A stretch of 64,000 nt of DNA from Longimicrobiales bacterium (lineage in GTDB: Bacteria > Gemmatimonadota > Gemmatimonadetes > Longimicrobiales > Gaopeijiaceae): contig OY730414.1 of assembly GCA_963422615.1 (NCBI GenBank), forward strand, positions 1,596,302-1,660,301, written 5' to 3'. Shown piece after piece: positions 1 through 10,020 of this stretch (position 1 is the first letter of the stretch; every line of letters starts with the position of its first letter). Below the pieces are notes generated by a model, which ran no database searches, was not told where the DNA came from, and saw only the letters and a program-made list of their open reading frames with translations. The translations under genes were made by a program, and so were the position numbers.

Positions 1-322
1 CCAGCGCCGCGATCAACTCCGGCGGGCCCAAAGGATTCAGGTGGCTTACCAAGGCCGATCCCGGGGGCAGAGCGGCTACTTCCTCCATTGAAGGAGGCAG
101 GACCTTCAAGACCACATCGGCGCCCGTCAGGACCGAATCCCGGTCGGGGACCACCGTCGCCCCCGCTTTCTGAAAGTTCCTATCGGAAAAGGATGCCCTG
201 GTGCCGGCCCCGGCCTGGATGCGGACTTCCCAACCGCGCTTGGAATATTCCCGCACTAAACCGGGCACGAGGGCGACCCGACGCTCTCCCGCCCGGCTTT
301 CCGTCATGACTGCGATTCTCAT
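1..322 (-). CDS. pntA: NAD(P) transhydrogenase subunit alpha, N-terminal part (runs off window)
   Basis: Not in ORF track; manual translation from ATG 322: MRIAVMTESRAGERRVALVP...IQAGAG...FSD...AGA...ADVVLKV, typical AlaDh/PNT N-terminal domain with the ERRVALVP motif. Confidence 0.85.
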   Translation of the reverse strand, partial: MRIAVMTESRAGERRVALVPGLVREYSKRGWEVRIQAGAGTRASFSDRNFQKAGATVVPDRDSVLTGADVVLKVLPPSMEEVAALPPGSALVSHLNPLGPPELIAAL

Positions 323-541
323 CGGATTGTGTTCCTCCCGGTAATATGCCGGATCAATTTGCAACCTTTGGCGTCGTTTTTCCAGTCGCCGACCCAAGGC
401 GTCGATCTCCTCAATCGCTCTCATCCGCCCTTATCCCCATGGGGCCTGAATGACTTCCCTTGGGGCCTGATCGACCATGGGTGTGCCCGTTTCGGGCCTT
501 TACCCTAAGCACCGTTTTCCTCCAATGCCCGAGTATCCCCA

Positions 542-2068
542 ATGCTTGCCGTTGTCCACTCCTACTGGGTCCACGGAGTCGAGGGCCAACCCGTGCAGGT
601 TGAGGTCAAGGTGCAGACGGGTCTTCCCGTCTTCACGGTGGTCGGCCTCCCCGCAGGTGCGGTTCGGGAGGGAAAGGAGCGGGTATTCGCGGCGCTGGCT
701 CAGACGGGAATGGCCCTTCCGCCCCGACGCATCACGGTCAACTTGGCGCCGGCTGATCTTCCAAAGTCCGGATCGGGGTTCGATCTTCCGATCGCTGTGG
801 CCCTCATTACGGCCCTGGGCCACGTCTCTCCCGATGCCTTGAGCGGGAGCGGGTTTGTCGGGGAGCTGGGCCTGGACGGATCGGTGCGGACCGTGCGAGG
901 TGCAATCGCGCTGGCCATGAGCTGTCGGGCGAATGGGGAGAAGCGTCTCTTCGTCCCCAGCGGGAATGCCCGGGAGGCAGCCGCCGTTCCGGGACTGGAG
1001 GTCGTGGGCGTTCGGGCTTTGGACGAGCTCGTCGAATTCTTGTCCGGCAAGCTTCAACTGAAACCGGAACCGAGGGGCCCCCCGGCCCCACCGGCCCATT
1101 CCCCCCTGGATCTCCACGATGTAAAGGGACAAGGGTTTGCCAAGCGTGCCCTGGTCATCGCAGCGGCGGGAGGGCACAGTCTTCTCATGTCCGGCCCTCC
1201 GGGCTCTGGCAAGACGATGTTGGCCAAACGTTTGCCGGGTCTTCTGCCGCCTTTGGTCGAATCCGAATCCCTCGAAGTGACCCGCGTTCACTCGGTCGCC
1301 GGCCTCCTGGACACCGGGAATCCGGTCAAGACCATCCGCCCGTTTCGGGCACCGCACCACACCATATCGGCAGGAGGACTCATCGGCGGGGGAAATCCGC
1401 CCCGCCCCGGCGAAATCAGCCTGGCTCATTTGGGGGTCCTTTTCCTGGACGAGCTCCCCGAGTTCAGTCGGTGGGTTCTGGAAACCCTCAGGCAGCCCAT
1501 TGAGTCCGGCCTCGTGCGGATTTCCAGGGTCCGCCACACGATGACCTTCCCCTCCCGCTTTCAGGTAATCGCGGCCATGAACCCGTGTCCGTGCGGCCTG
1601 GGTGGAGAGGACTGCATCTGTCACGATCGGGACATTGCCCGCTATCGGGCGCGCCTTTCCGGCCCTTTGCTGGACCGACTTGACCTTCACGTCCGAATGG
1701 GACCGATCACCTGGGAGGAGCTGAGGGGTGGGGCGGTCAAATCCGGCCAGAGCTCGGCAGCGGCCCGAGAGGAGATTGCCGAAGCGAGAAGCCGCCAAGC
1801 GGCCCGCTTCCGGGATGCTCACACGCTGAACGCCTTCATGCCGTCCCGAGACGTGCTCGAGGTGTGCCGGCTGACGCCGGCCGCAGACCGCCTTTTCGAG
1901 CGCGGAATCCAGGAATTCCGCCTCTCGGCCCGCGGGGTTCACCGAACTCTTCGGGTCGCTCGCACCATCGCCGACTTGGCGGGAGAGGATTGCCTGAACG
2001 AACGCCGTATCGCCGAAGCCCTGCAGTTCCGAGGGGGGCTTCCGGCAGAGAACCGGAAGCCTCGCTGA
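542..2068 (+). CDS. comM: YifB/ComM family Mg-chelatase-like AAA+ ATPase
   Basis: VGLP..AVRE, NLAPADLPKSGSGFDLPIA, Walker A GPPGSGKT, RAPHH, LFLDELPEF, AMNPCPCG, SGPLLDRLD. Confidence 0.92.
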   Translation: MLAVVHSYWVHGVEGQPVQVEVKVQTGLPVFTVVGLPAGAVREGKERVFAALAQTGMALPPRRITVNLAPADLPKSGSGFDLPIAVALITALGHVSPDALSGSGFVGELGLDGSVRTVRGAIALAMSCRANGEKRLFVPSGNAREAAAVPGLEVVGVRALDELVEFLSGKLQLKPEPRGPPAPPAHSPLDLHDVKGQGFAKRALVIAAAGGHSLLMSGPPGSGKTMLAKRLPGLLPPLVESESLEVTRVHSVAGLLDTGNPVKTIRPFRAPHHTISAGGLIGGGNPPRPGEISLAHLGVLFLDELPEFSRWVLETLRQPIESGLVRISRVRHTMTFPSRFQVIAAMNPCPCGLGGEDCICHDRDIARYRARLSGPLLDRLDLHVRMGPITWEELRGGAVKSGQSSAAAREEIAEARSRQAARFRDAHTLNAFMPSRDVLEVCRLTPAADRLFERGIQEFRLSARGVHRTLRVARTIADLAGEDCLNERRIAEALQFRGGLPAENRKPR

Positions 2069-2224
2069 ACACCGCATCCCGCCCGCGTGCAACCCTCCAG
2101 CCAGGCCCGTTCGGGAGCTCCTGCCAATACAACGAACTTCTTTGGCCATCTTGTTTCCCGACGCGCTCCTGCTGATCTTGCTTGCCAAACTTCGGCAGAG
2201 AACTTGCGGAGGCAAGGTGGCGGA

Positions 2225-3394
2225 ATGACACACTACTTCGACTACGCTGCCACTTCGGCTGTCCGGCCCCCGGAAGTCGTCCAGGCCATCGGGGATTTCC
2301 TCCGGAACGTCGGGTGTACCCCGGGAAGGGGAGGGCACTCCGGCTCGGTGGAGGCCGCCCGGATCGCCTTCCGTTGCCGCAGGGAGCTGGCGCAGGTCAT
2401 GGGCTTCTCCGGTGATCCAGGGCGGATCGCCTTCATGCAGAACGCCACCGAAGCCCTGAACACCGCGCTGCATGGCTTCTTGGGGGAGGGGGACACTGTG
2501 GTCATCTCCCAGTACGAACACAACGCCGTGCTCCGGCCCGTGTACCACCTGTCTCGGACCCGGAACGTGGAGGTGCGCCTGCTTGCGGGCGACCCTGGGG
2601 GTGACTTCGACCTGGACCAGGCGGCCATGCTCCTGGAAGGCGCGCGCCTGTTGGTCATCAATGCGGCTTCGAATGTCCTGGGCACGATGGCACCCTTGGC
2701 GTCCTTGGCCCGGATCGCCCATTCGGTTGGCGCCGCGGTGTTGGTCGACGCGGCCCAGTCCGCTGGGCATTCGGACCAAGCGCTGGCCGGGTCGGGTGCC
2801 GACATGGTGGCCTTCACGGGCCACAAGGGTCTTCTGGGCCCCCAGGGAACCGGTGGGCTGTGGGTACGAGAGGGGATCGAGATCGACCCGCTTCTCCACG
2901 GAGGAACCGGTGGCGATTCCAGGCGCCGGGAGATGCCGCCCAGCCTGCCCGACCGCCTGGAAGCGGGGACGGGAAACGCTCCCGGACTGGCGGGGTTGTT
3001 GGCGGGATGCCGCTTTGTCCGGGACAAGGGACTCCCTACGCTCCACGCCCGGGCGATGTCTCTCAAGGCCTCTCTCCTGGACGGCTTCTCGGCCGTTCCC
3101 GGCCTCCGGGTGCTGTCGCCACCGGCGCCCGGCGGCATTCCCATCGTGACCGTGAAGGCCGACCATATGGACGCCGGGTCTCTCGCCGAAAGGCTCGACC
3201 GGGATCACGAGGTTCGAACCCGCGCCGGACTCCACTGTGCGCCCGAGGTGCATCGGATTCTGGGGACGTACGACGAAGGCGCCGTTCGCTTTTCGATGGG
3301 CTGGGCTTCGACCGTTGCGGATGTGGAGGCTGCCGTGGCCGCGGTCGACGCCGTTGTCGGAGCCGTATCCGTGCCCGTCGGTGGACGACGCTGA
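2225..3394 (+). CDS. Cysteine desulfurase family PLP enzyme (aminotransferase class V)
   Basis: Start at MTHYFDYAATS; EHNAV, VDAAQSAG, PLP lysine in TGHKGLLGPQG, catalytic RAGLHCAP. Confidence 0.88.
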   Translation: MTHYFDYAATSAVRPPEVVQAIGDFLRNVGCTPGRGGHSGSVEAARIAFRCRRELAQVMGFSGDPGRIAFMQNATEALNTALHGFLGEGDTVVISQYEHNAVLRPVYHLSRTRNVEVRLLAGDPGGDFDLDQAAMLLEGARLLVINAASNVLGTMAPLASLARIAHSVGAAVLVDAAQSAGHSDQALAGSGADMVAFTGHKGLLGPQGTGGLWVREGIEIDPLLHGGTGGDSRRREMPPSLPDRLEAGTGNAPGLAGLLAGCRFVRDKGLPTLHARAMSLKASLLDGFSAVPGLRVLSPPAPGGIPIVTVKADHMDAGSLAERLDRDHEVRTRAGLHCAPEVHRILGTYDEGAVRFSMGWASTVADVEAAVAAVDAVVGAVSVPVGGRR

Positions 3395-3942
3395 GGCTCT
3401 TCTTCTCCGTTTGGGTTCCCGAGGCCGTTCAGGATCGGCTCTGGGCCACTTTGGCGCCGCTACGGGAGGCTTCGGCGAATGTTCGGTGGGTGCCTCCGGA
3501 GCGGTATCACATCACCCTTTGCTTTCTGGGCGATGTCTCCCAGAGTCTCATCCCCCGATTGATCTCCGCCGCCGGAGCGTTGGAACATGAGGCGCCTTTC
3601 CGGGTTCGCTTGACAGAGACGGGGACTTTCCCGCCCAGCGGGAAACCGCGCGTACACTGGGTTGGAGCAGAGGCAGAGGGGCTTTCGCGCATTCGGGACA
3701 CCCTGGCCCGGGAGCTCCGGAAGCGGAACGTCGGCGGCTGTGATGGAATCTTCAGACCCCACGTAACGATAGGACGAAGCAGGCAAGGTTGCCCAGGCGG
3801 GCAAGGGGGCGGCAGGCGTGAACTTCGCAGCCATGATTTCGGGGATTTCGGGGTCGGAGCCGTTCACCTGGTCCGGAGCCAGTTGCTTCCCGCCGGGCCC
3901 CGCTACACGAATGTTCACAGGACCGCCCTGAGGGTGAGGTGA
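3391..3942 (+). CDS. thpR: RNA 2',3'-cyclic phosphodiesterase (2H family, LigT/ThpR); apparent CTG start
   Basis: (M)RLFFSV N-terminus, two HxT motifs (YHITLCFLG, PHVTIGR), C-terminal LVRSQL..GPRY. Confidence 0.87.
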   Translation: MRLFFSVWVPEAVQDRLWATLAPLREASANVRWVPPERYHITLCFLGDVSQSLIPRLISAAGALEHEAPFRVRLTETGTFPPSGKPRVHWVGAEAEGLSRIRDTLARELRKRNVGGCDGIFRPHVTIGRSRQGCPGGQGGGRRELRSHDFGDFGVGAVHLVRSQLLPAGPRYTNVHRTALRVR

Positions 3943-3951
3943 ATCGAAAAC

Positions 3952-4602
3952 ATGTCCTTTCCGCCGAAAAAGGGTGTTGCCGTAGCGGGCTTTGCCGCTT
4001 TGTCCCTGCTGATCGCCTACGGTGGCTGGAAGTGGGGTTCGGCTGTGTTCCTTCAAGGGGAGACCGGGCTTGGACCTGGTGGAAACGTGGAGGTTGAAAA
4101 GGCGACCCCGGAGTTCGCCCGAGTCGCTGGAGAGAAGCTCAACGCATTCCGGGAATCCAGAGCGTCGGAGTTGCGCCTGGAGTCCGTGGAGGTGTCGTCG
4201 CTTCTTCTCTATTCTGTCCCGGGAATGATTCCAGACGGGGTGATCGAACCCCAGGTCACCTTTGCCGGGGACAGAATTGTGATCCGCGCGCGAGTGCTGC
4301 CCGTGAAGATTCCGAATTTCCCCGAAGAAATCGAAGGGATCTTGGGCGTTCTACCCGATACGGTACCGGTGGAGGTGAACGGCTCTCTGGTGCCCTTGGC
4401 CGACGGGGAGGCCATGCTCCTGGTCAGTGGGATCCGGGTCCGGCGAATGCCCATTCCCCGTCGGATCTTCACCGGTCTGATGTCGGCAATGGGACGCCGG
4501 AGCGCGCTCGACCTGCCGCCGTCCGCTGTCAGGGTCCCTGTGCCTCGAGGCGTAGGGGGAGTGTACATCGAGGGCGGGCAGCTCGTACTCGTTCGGGCGT
4601 GA
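3952..4602 (+). CDS. Hypothetical protein with N-terminal membrane anchor
   Basis: 216 aa ORF with SD GAGGTG, one N-terminal hydrophobic helix, operonic position. Confidence 0.7.
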   Translation: MSFPPKKGVAVAGFAALSLLIAYGGWKWGSAVFLQGETGLGPGGNVEVEKATPEFARVAGEKLNAFRESRASELRLESVEVSSLLLYSVPGMIPDGVIEPQVTFAGDRIVIRARVLPVKIPNFPEEIEGILGVLPDTVPVEVNGSLVPLADGEAMLLVSGIRVRRMPIPRRIFTGLMSAMGRRSALDLPPSAVRVPVPRGVGGVYIEGGQLVLVRA

Positions 4603-4629
4603 GCGGACCGCCGGGGGAGGTCGGGATTC

Positions 4630-5991
4630 TTGGCAAGAATTCTCATCATCGACGATGAAGCGTCGATCCGCGGTGCACTGAGACAGGTTTTCGAGTACGA
4701 GGGCCATCGGGTAAAGCTTTCTTCCAACGGTCCCAGCGGGCTGATCGACTACCCCAACTTCAAACCCGACGTAACCCTGCTTGACGTCAAGATGCCCAAG
4801 ATGGACGGGCTGGAGGTTCTCAGTCGGATCAGAGAGAAGGATTCCATGGCTGTGGTGATCATGGTGTCCGGCCACGGGACCATCGGCACGGCCGTCGAAG
4901 CGACCCGAAGGGGTGCGTTCGATTTTCTGGAAAAGCCCCTTGATACGGACCGGCTCCTGGTTACCCTGCGCAACGCCCTGCTGGTTCGTGGACTTTCGGA
5001 AAGCGTAGAACGGCTGGAGCACGAAATAGAGGTTCGCCACGAGATGGTGGGGGGGTCCGACGCCCTCAGACAGGTGGTCCAGCGGATCGAGAAGGTCGGG
5101 GCTACGGATGCCCGGGCCCTCATTACGGGAGAGAACGGTACCGGGAAGGAGCTGGCGGCGCGGGCCCTTCACCGACTCTCACCTCGGGCGAAACAGCCGT
5201 TCGTGGAGGTGAATTGTGCGGCGATCCCGGCGACCCTGATCGAATCCGAACTCTTCGGACATGTGAAGGGCTCGTTTACGGGCGCTCTGTCCGACCGGAA
5301 GGGCAAATTCGAGCAGGCGCATCGGGGAACCCTTTTCCTGGACGAGGTGGGGGACATGTCCCTCGCCGCGCAGGCGAAGGTCCTTCGTGCGCTTGAGGAG
5401 GGGAACATCACCAGAGTCGGGGGGAGCCGGTCCATCTCGGTTGACGTGCGCGTCATTGCCGCCACGAACAAGGATCTGGAGAAGGAGATCGCCGAGGCAA
5501 CGTTCAGGGAAGACCTCTACTATCGCCTAAACGTGGTTCCGATCTGGATTCCTCCCCTCAGGGACCGCCGGACGGACATCGCGATGTTGGTCTTCCACTT
5601 CGCGAACTTGGTATCCGGGACCGGAAGGGTGCTGCCCAAGCAGTTCAGCGCAGGCGCCCTCGGGGCTCTCGAAAACATGAACTGGCCGGGGAACGTGCGG
5701 GAGCTAAAAAACACCGTCGAGCGACTGATGATCCTGAGCGCCGGGGAAACCGTGGAGCGCCAGGACGTGGTCCATCTGGCTTGGGCAGGGGAGGCCAATA
5801 ACGGAATCCCCAGGAGCATCATGGCGTTGGAAACCTACGGGGAGTTCAAGGATGCGGCCGAAAAGGCATTCATTGAGGCAAAACTCAGGCAACATGGCTG
5901 GAACGTCGCAGAGACCGCCCGGCAGATGGACATGCCCCGTTCCAACCTCTACAAGAAAATCGAAAGGCACGGACTGGAGAGGGACACCTAG
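4630..5991 (+). CDS. Sigma-54-dependent Fis-family response regulator (NtrC/NtrX-like)
   Basis: Receiver (IIDDE, LLDVKMP, FLEKP), AAA+ (GENGTGKE, ESELFGH, GSFTGA, LFLDEVGDM, FREDLYYRLNV, WPGNVREL), C-terminal HTH. Confidence 0.92.
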   Translation: MARILIIDDEASIRGALRQVFEYEGHRVKLSSNGPSGLIDYPNFKPDVTLLDVKMPKMDGLEVLSRIREKDSMAVVIMVSGHGTIGTAVEATRRGAFDFLEKPLDTDRLLVTLRNALLVRGLSESVERLEHEIEVRHEMVGGSDALRQVVQRIEKVGATDARALITGENGTGKELAARALHRLSPRAKQPFVEVNCAAIPATLIESELFGHVKGSFTGALSDRKGKFEQAHRGTLFLDEVGDMSLAAQAKVLRALEEGNITRVGGSRSISVDVRVIAATNKDLEKEIAEATFREDLYYRLNVVPIWIPPLRDRRTDIAMLVFHFANLVSGTGRVLPKQFSAGALGALENMNWPGNVRELKNTVERLMILSAGETVERQDVVHLAWAGEANNGIPRSIMALETYGEFKDAAEKAFIEAKLRQHGWNVAETARQMDMPRSNLYKKIERHGLERDT

Positions 5992-6296
5992 GAGGAATCA
6001 TTCCGCGCCCACGGCCCACCCGGCGCTCGTGGGGCAGGACGTCGCGCCCTCTTGGGGCCCGCTTTGGGAAGGCGGAATCGGCCCGGGAAATTCGGCGGGC
6101 GTCCGGGCGGGAGCGACGCCTGCCCCTTTCTCCTTCGCCCGTCTTGTGGCAAATTCCCTCCTGTACCCCCAGTGGCAAACGCGTTTGTACTTTGGCGGGA
6201 ATCGCGTTTCCAGGAAAAACCCAAACGGCTTCCTTATCGCCGTACCCGGGGAGGGCTGTTGACCTCCCGCCTTGAGTGAGAGACTGAGAGATAAAG

Positions 6297-7145
6297 ATGA
6301 GATTCGCCTCTCAAGCGAGCCCCGTTGAAGATGCCGTTGAACGGTATCTTCGGGAAATCAGCAAGTACCCTCTGATCAATCGGAAAGAGGAGGCGCGCCT
6401 TGCCCGGGGAATCCGCAGGGGCGACGAAGACGCGCTGGACAAGCTCGTTCGTTCCAATCTGCGCTTTGTGGTGTCTGTTTCGAAGAAGTACAGGAATCAG
6501 GGGGTTCCCCTGGGGGATCTCATCAGCGAAGGGAACGTCGGCTTGATCCGAGCCGCCCGGAGATTCGACGAAAAGAAGGGTACCCGGTTCATCAGTTACG
6601 CGGTGTGGTGGATCCGCCAAGCCATTTTCCAGGCTCTGGCGGAGCAGAGCCGCATTGTTCGCGTTCCCTTGAACCGGGCAGCCGTGCTCCACCGCATAGG
6701 ACGGTGCAGGTCCGGGTTGCTCCAGGACCTTGGCCGGGATCCGACGGTCGGGGAGATCGCCGAAGGTTTGGAGATCTGCCAGGAGGAAGTGGAACGGACC
6801 CTGACGCTTTCCCAGCTCCATCTTTCCCTGGACGCGCCGGTGTCCCCCGAACACGACGACCGCCTCCTTGACTCCCTGCCCGATCCGGTCTCCCGGGCGC
6901 CCGATGAAGCAACCTTCGAGAAGGCGCGGGCCGACACCCTGGAGGCGGCTCTTTCCACCCTCAAAGAGCGGGAATCCACCGTCCTGCGCCTTTACTTCGG
7001 CCTGGACGGGGAAGCCAAGACGATGGAGGAGATCGGCGTTGTCTTGGGCGTAACCCGGGAGCGAGTCAGGCAGATCAAGGAAGCCGCCTTGGCGCACCTG
7101 AAGCGCGCATTGAGGGTTCGGTTTCTCGAGAGCTTCTTCGGCTAG
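6297..7145 (+). CDS. RpoD/SigA-family sigma-70 factor lacking region 1.1
   Basis: YLREI region 1.2, NLRFVVSV, DLISEGNVGL, RFISYAVWWIRQAI, SLDAP, GVTRERVRQI; only 282 aa. Confidence 0.92.
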   Translation: MRFASQASPVEDAVERYLREISKYPLINRKEEARLARGIRRGDEDALDKLVRSNLRFVVSVSKKYRNQGVPLGDLISEGNVGLIRAARRFDEKKGTRFISYAVWWIRQAIFQALAEQSRIVRVPLNRAAVLHRIGRCRSGLLQDLGRDPTVGEIAEGLEICQEEVERTLTLSQLHLSLDAPVSPEHDDRLLDSLPDPVSRAPDEATFEKARADTLEAALSTLKERESTVLRLYFGLDGEAKTMEEIGVVLGVTRERVRQIKEAALAHLKRALRVRFLESFFG

Positions 7146-7347
7146 ACTCGATCATCTCCACCCGTGAGGAACAGTTACTTCGCTTGCCGGAGCGGTGCCG
7201 GGGCCCCCGGTCTCCTGGGGCACCCCGGTCCGCGGTTGACCAGCGCCGTCCGGGTCCGCGTCAATGGCCGCCCAGCCTCTCTTGCGACAAGGGACGGCGC
7301 TGGATCCCAAGCCCTCGGGCGCACCGAAACGGGGCGGACGCCTTTCA

Positions 7348-7376
7348 TTGACACGCCCCGGGATACTGATTATCAT
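7348..7376 (+). promoter_or_regulatory. Sigma-70 promoter of rplM operon
   Basis: TTGACA (7348-7353), 17 bp spacer, TATCAT (7371-7376). Confidence 0.8.
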
Positions 7377-7391
7377 CTTGTGCTTTGGACC

Positions 7392-7443
7392 TAACGAATG
7401 GGGCTTCTCGCGTCTCCCGGATCGGTCCTTCGCCCATGCGTTA
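7392..7443 (+). promoter_or_regulatory. Candidate rplM 5' leader hairpin
   Basis: TAACG/CGTTA and ATGGG/CCCAT nested stems between the promoter and rplM start. Confidence 0.35.
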
Positions 7444-7459
7444 CGGATTGTGAGCCGCA

Positions 7460-7909
7460 ATGAAAACCTTCACGCCCAAGAAGAAAGACATCCACCGGAC
7501 TTGGTGGTTGGTTGACGCCGCCGACAAGCCTCTGGGCAGGCTGGCGACGGAAGTCGCCCGGGTTCTTCGCGGCAAGCACAAGCCGATCTACACCCCGCAC
7601 CTGGACACGGGGGACCACGTAATTGTCGTCAACGCATCCAGGGTGATCCTTACCGGTCGCAAGGCCGAGCAGAAGACCTACTTTCGCCATTCCGGATACA
7701 TGGGCGGAGACAAGCATATCCCGTTCCGGAAAATGCTGGAGCGATTTCCGGAACGGGTCGTTGAACTGGCCGTTCGGGGCATGCTCCCGAAGAATAAACT
7801 GGGTCGGGAAATGCGACGGAAACTCCGGGTTTACCCAGAAGGCGGTCATCCTCACCAAGCCCAGTGCCCCCGGGTTCTGGAAGTTCGACACCTGCAGGAG
7901 AACTCATGA
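7460..7909 (+). CDS. rplM: 50S ribosomal protein L13
   Basis: [46 protein letters not shown]. Confidence 0.98.
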   Translation: MKTFTPKKKDIHRTWWLVDAADKPLGRLATEVARVLRGKHKPIYTPHLDTGDHVIVVNASRVILTGRKAEQKTYFRHSGYMGGDKHIPFRKMLERFPERVVELAVRGMLPKNKLGREMRRKLRVYPEGGHPHQAQCPRVLEVRHLQENS

Positions 7910-8301
7910 CCGATCAAATCAGGACGCGAACCGTGGGACGAAGGAAAACGAGTGTCGCACGGGTCAGCCTGCAACCCGGAGACGGCCGCTGGGCCGTGAA
8001 CGGACGTGCCCTGGAGGATTACTTTCCAAGGCCCGCCCACCGGGTCCGCATTGAAGATCCCCTTCGCGTGGCCAACGCCGAAGGGAGCTTCGACGTGGAT
8101 GTCCGCGTGAAGGGTGGGGGGCTGACGGGCCAGGCCGACTCCATCCGAATGGGGATCGCCCGGGCGCTTGTCGCCCAGGACGAGGCGTTGAGAGTGCCGC
8201 TTCGGGAAAGCGGGATGCTGACTCGAGATGCCCGAAAAGTCGAACGGAAAAAGCCTGGCCGACCCAAAGCGCGGAAGCGCTTCCAGTTTAGCAAGCGATA
8301 G
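7906..8301 (+). CDS. rpsI: 30S ribosomal protein S9
   Basis: [19 protein letters not shown]-terminal [23 protein letters not shown] overlap with rplM. Confidence 0.98.
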   Translation: MTDQIRTRTVGRRKTSVARVSLQPGDGRWAVNGRALEDYFPRPAHRVRIEDPLRVANAEGSFDVDVRVKGGGLTGQADSIRMGIARALVAQDEALRVPLRESGMLTRDARKVERKKPGRPKARKRFQFSKR

Positions 8302-8313
8302 AGCATTGGTGTC

Positions 8314-9249
8314 ATGAATCAAATGGAAAATGGGGTCGGGTTGACCGAGCTCCTTGAAGCCGGGGTCCACTTTGGGCACCAGACCAGGCGTTGGAACCCC
8401 AAGATGCGTCCCTTCATTTTCGGGGAGCGTAACGGGATCCACATCATTGACCTTCGCAAGACCCTGGACCGTCTTGCCCTTGCCCGGTCTGCGGTTCGCA
8501 AGACCGTTCTGAAGGGCGAAAGGGTTCTCTTCCTTTCCACCAAGCGTCAGCTCAGGACAATCGTTGAAGAGGAGGCTGCGCGCTGCGGGGCCCTCTTCGT
8601 GACCGAGCGGTGGTTGGGCGGGATGCTGACGAACTTTCAGACCATTCGTCGCCAGATTCGGAGGATGAAGGAGTTGGAGCGGGGGCAGGAAGAAAACGCC
8701 TTTGAGTTTCACACGAAGAAGGAGCGACTCCTCCTGGAGCGGGAGCGCCTCAAACTGGAGAAGTACTTCTCCGGGGTGCGGGACATGGCCCGGTTGCCGG
8801 GTGCCGTCTTCGTGGTGGACGCGAAGCGGGAGATCATCGGCGTGCGGGAGGCCCACAGGCTGGGCATCCCGGTTATCGCCATCGCCGACACCAACGTGGA
8901 TCCCGCTCTGATTGACTACCCCATTCCGGGAAACGACGATGCCATCCGCTCGGTGAGCCTGATCGCAGGGGCGATCGCGGACACCATTCAAACCGCGCGA
9001 CGGGAAGTACCGGACGATCAGTTGAAGCGCCAGGCAGACCTTGAGGCGACGACCTATTCGACCGAAACGGGCGAAAAGTCGGCCGAGGGTAGGGAGCCCC
9101 GTCGACGGCGGCCTCGGAAGAAACGACGGCCCCGACCGGAGGCGATCGCGCAGGTCCGGAAGTCCAAGGGGCGCGGAAGTTCTCCCAAGGGTGTCCAGTC
9201 GAGCCAAAAGACTTCCTCTTCGCCCGTCACCGGGAAGTCTGCGGACTGA
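8314..9249 (+). CDS. rpsB: 30S ribosomal protein S2 (long basic C-terminal extension)
   Basis: [45 protein letters not shown]. Confidence 0.98.
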   Translation: MNQMENGVGLTELLEAGVHFGHQTRRWNPKMRPFIFGERNGIHIIDLRKTLDRLALARSAVRKTVLKGERVLFLSTKRQLRTIVEEEAARCGALFVTERWLGGMLTNFQTIRRQIRRMKELERGQEENAFEFHTKKERLLLERERLKLEKYFSGVRDMARLPGAVFVVDAKREIIGVREAHRLGIPVIAIADTNVDPALIDYPIPGNDDAIRSVSLIAGAIADTIQTARREVPDDQLKRQADLEATTYSTETGEKSAEGREPRRRRPRKKRRPRPEAIAQVRKSKGRGSSPKGVQSSQKTSSSPVTGKSAD

Positions 9250-9417
9250 GGAGAAGGGGGCTCAAGGGATCATCTGGCCGGTGCGGGCGGACCGCTGCCG
9301 TCGGGGGTGGGCCATGGGTCCATTCAGTCTCGTGGAGCCACGGGGTTCGCTTCCATTTTGACGAATGGCCCGGTGACGTAATCTTGGAAAGAACTTGCCA
9401 TCGGAAAGACTCCGCTT

Positions 9418-10020
9418 ATGGGAATTAGTGCGAAACTGGTAAAAGAGCTCCGCGACCGGACCGGCGCGGGCATGATGGACTGCAAGAGGGCACTTCAGGA
9501 AACCGGCGGCGATGTGGAAGCCGCCGTTGATTTGCTGAGGAGTAAAGGGGCGGCGAAGGCGGCCAAGCGGGTCGGCAAGTCGGCCAACGAAGGAACCGTC
9601 GCAGGATATATCCATCACGGAGGACGGATCGGCGTTCTGGTGGAGCTGAACTGCGAAACGGACTTCGTGGCCAACACTCCGGATTTTCAGACGCTGGCTC
9701 GAAATATCGCGATGCACGTTGCCGCATCGAATCCCATCGCCGTGGGAGCGGAAAATGTGGATCCCCAGTTGGTGGAACGTGAGCGGCGCATCTATGCGGA
9801 GCAGGCATCGCGAGAAGGCAAACCGGACCACATTCGGAATCGGATCATTGAGGGAAAGCTGAGCAAGTTCTTCAAGGACCGAGTGCTTCTTGACCAGCCC
9901 TACATCAAGGACCCTGACAGGAGCGTCGGAGATCTGATTACCGAGGTTTCGGCGAAAACTGGCGAGAAGGTGGAAGTTGCCCGGTTCACCCGCTTTCAGG
10001 TCGGGAGCCAGAGGCTCTGA
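9418..10020 (+). CDS. tsf: Elongation factor Ts (short form)
   Basis: VKELRDRTGAGMMDCKRAL, ELNCETDFVA; 200 aa. Confidence 0.98.
   Translation: MGISAKLVKELRDRTGAGMMDCKRALQETGGDVEAAVDLLRSKGAAKAAKRVGKSANEGTVAGYIHHGGRIGVLVELNCETDFVANTPDFQTLARNIAMHVAASNPIAVGAENVDPQLVERERRIYAEQASREGKPDHIRNRIIEGKLSKFFKDRVLLDQPYIKDPDRSVGDLITEVSAKTGEKVEVARFTRFQVGSQRL

Noticed and set aside
500..3253. 917-aa minus-strand ORF, and similar long antisense ORFs (e.g. 29985-31727, 7852-9207, 22374-23699)
   Set aside because: Shadow ORFs opposite well-conserved genes, expected at high GC; no recognisable motifs.
5260..5290. GSFTGA instead of GAFTGA in the sigma-54 activator
   Set aside because: Common, functional variant.
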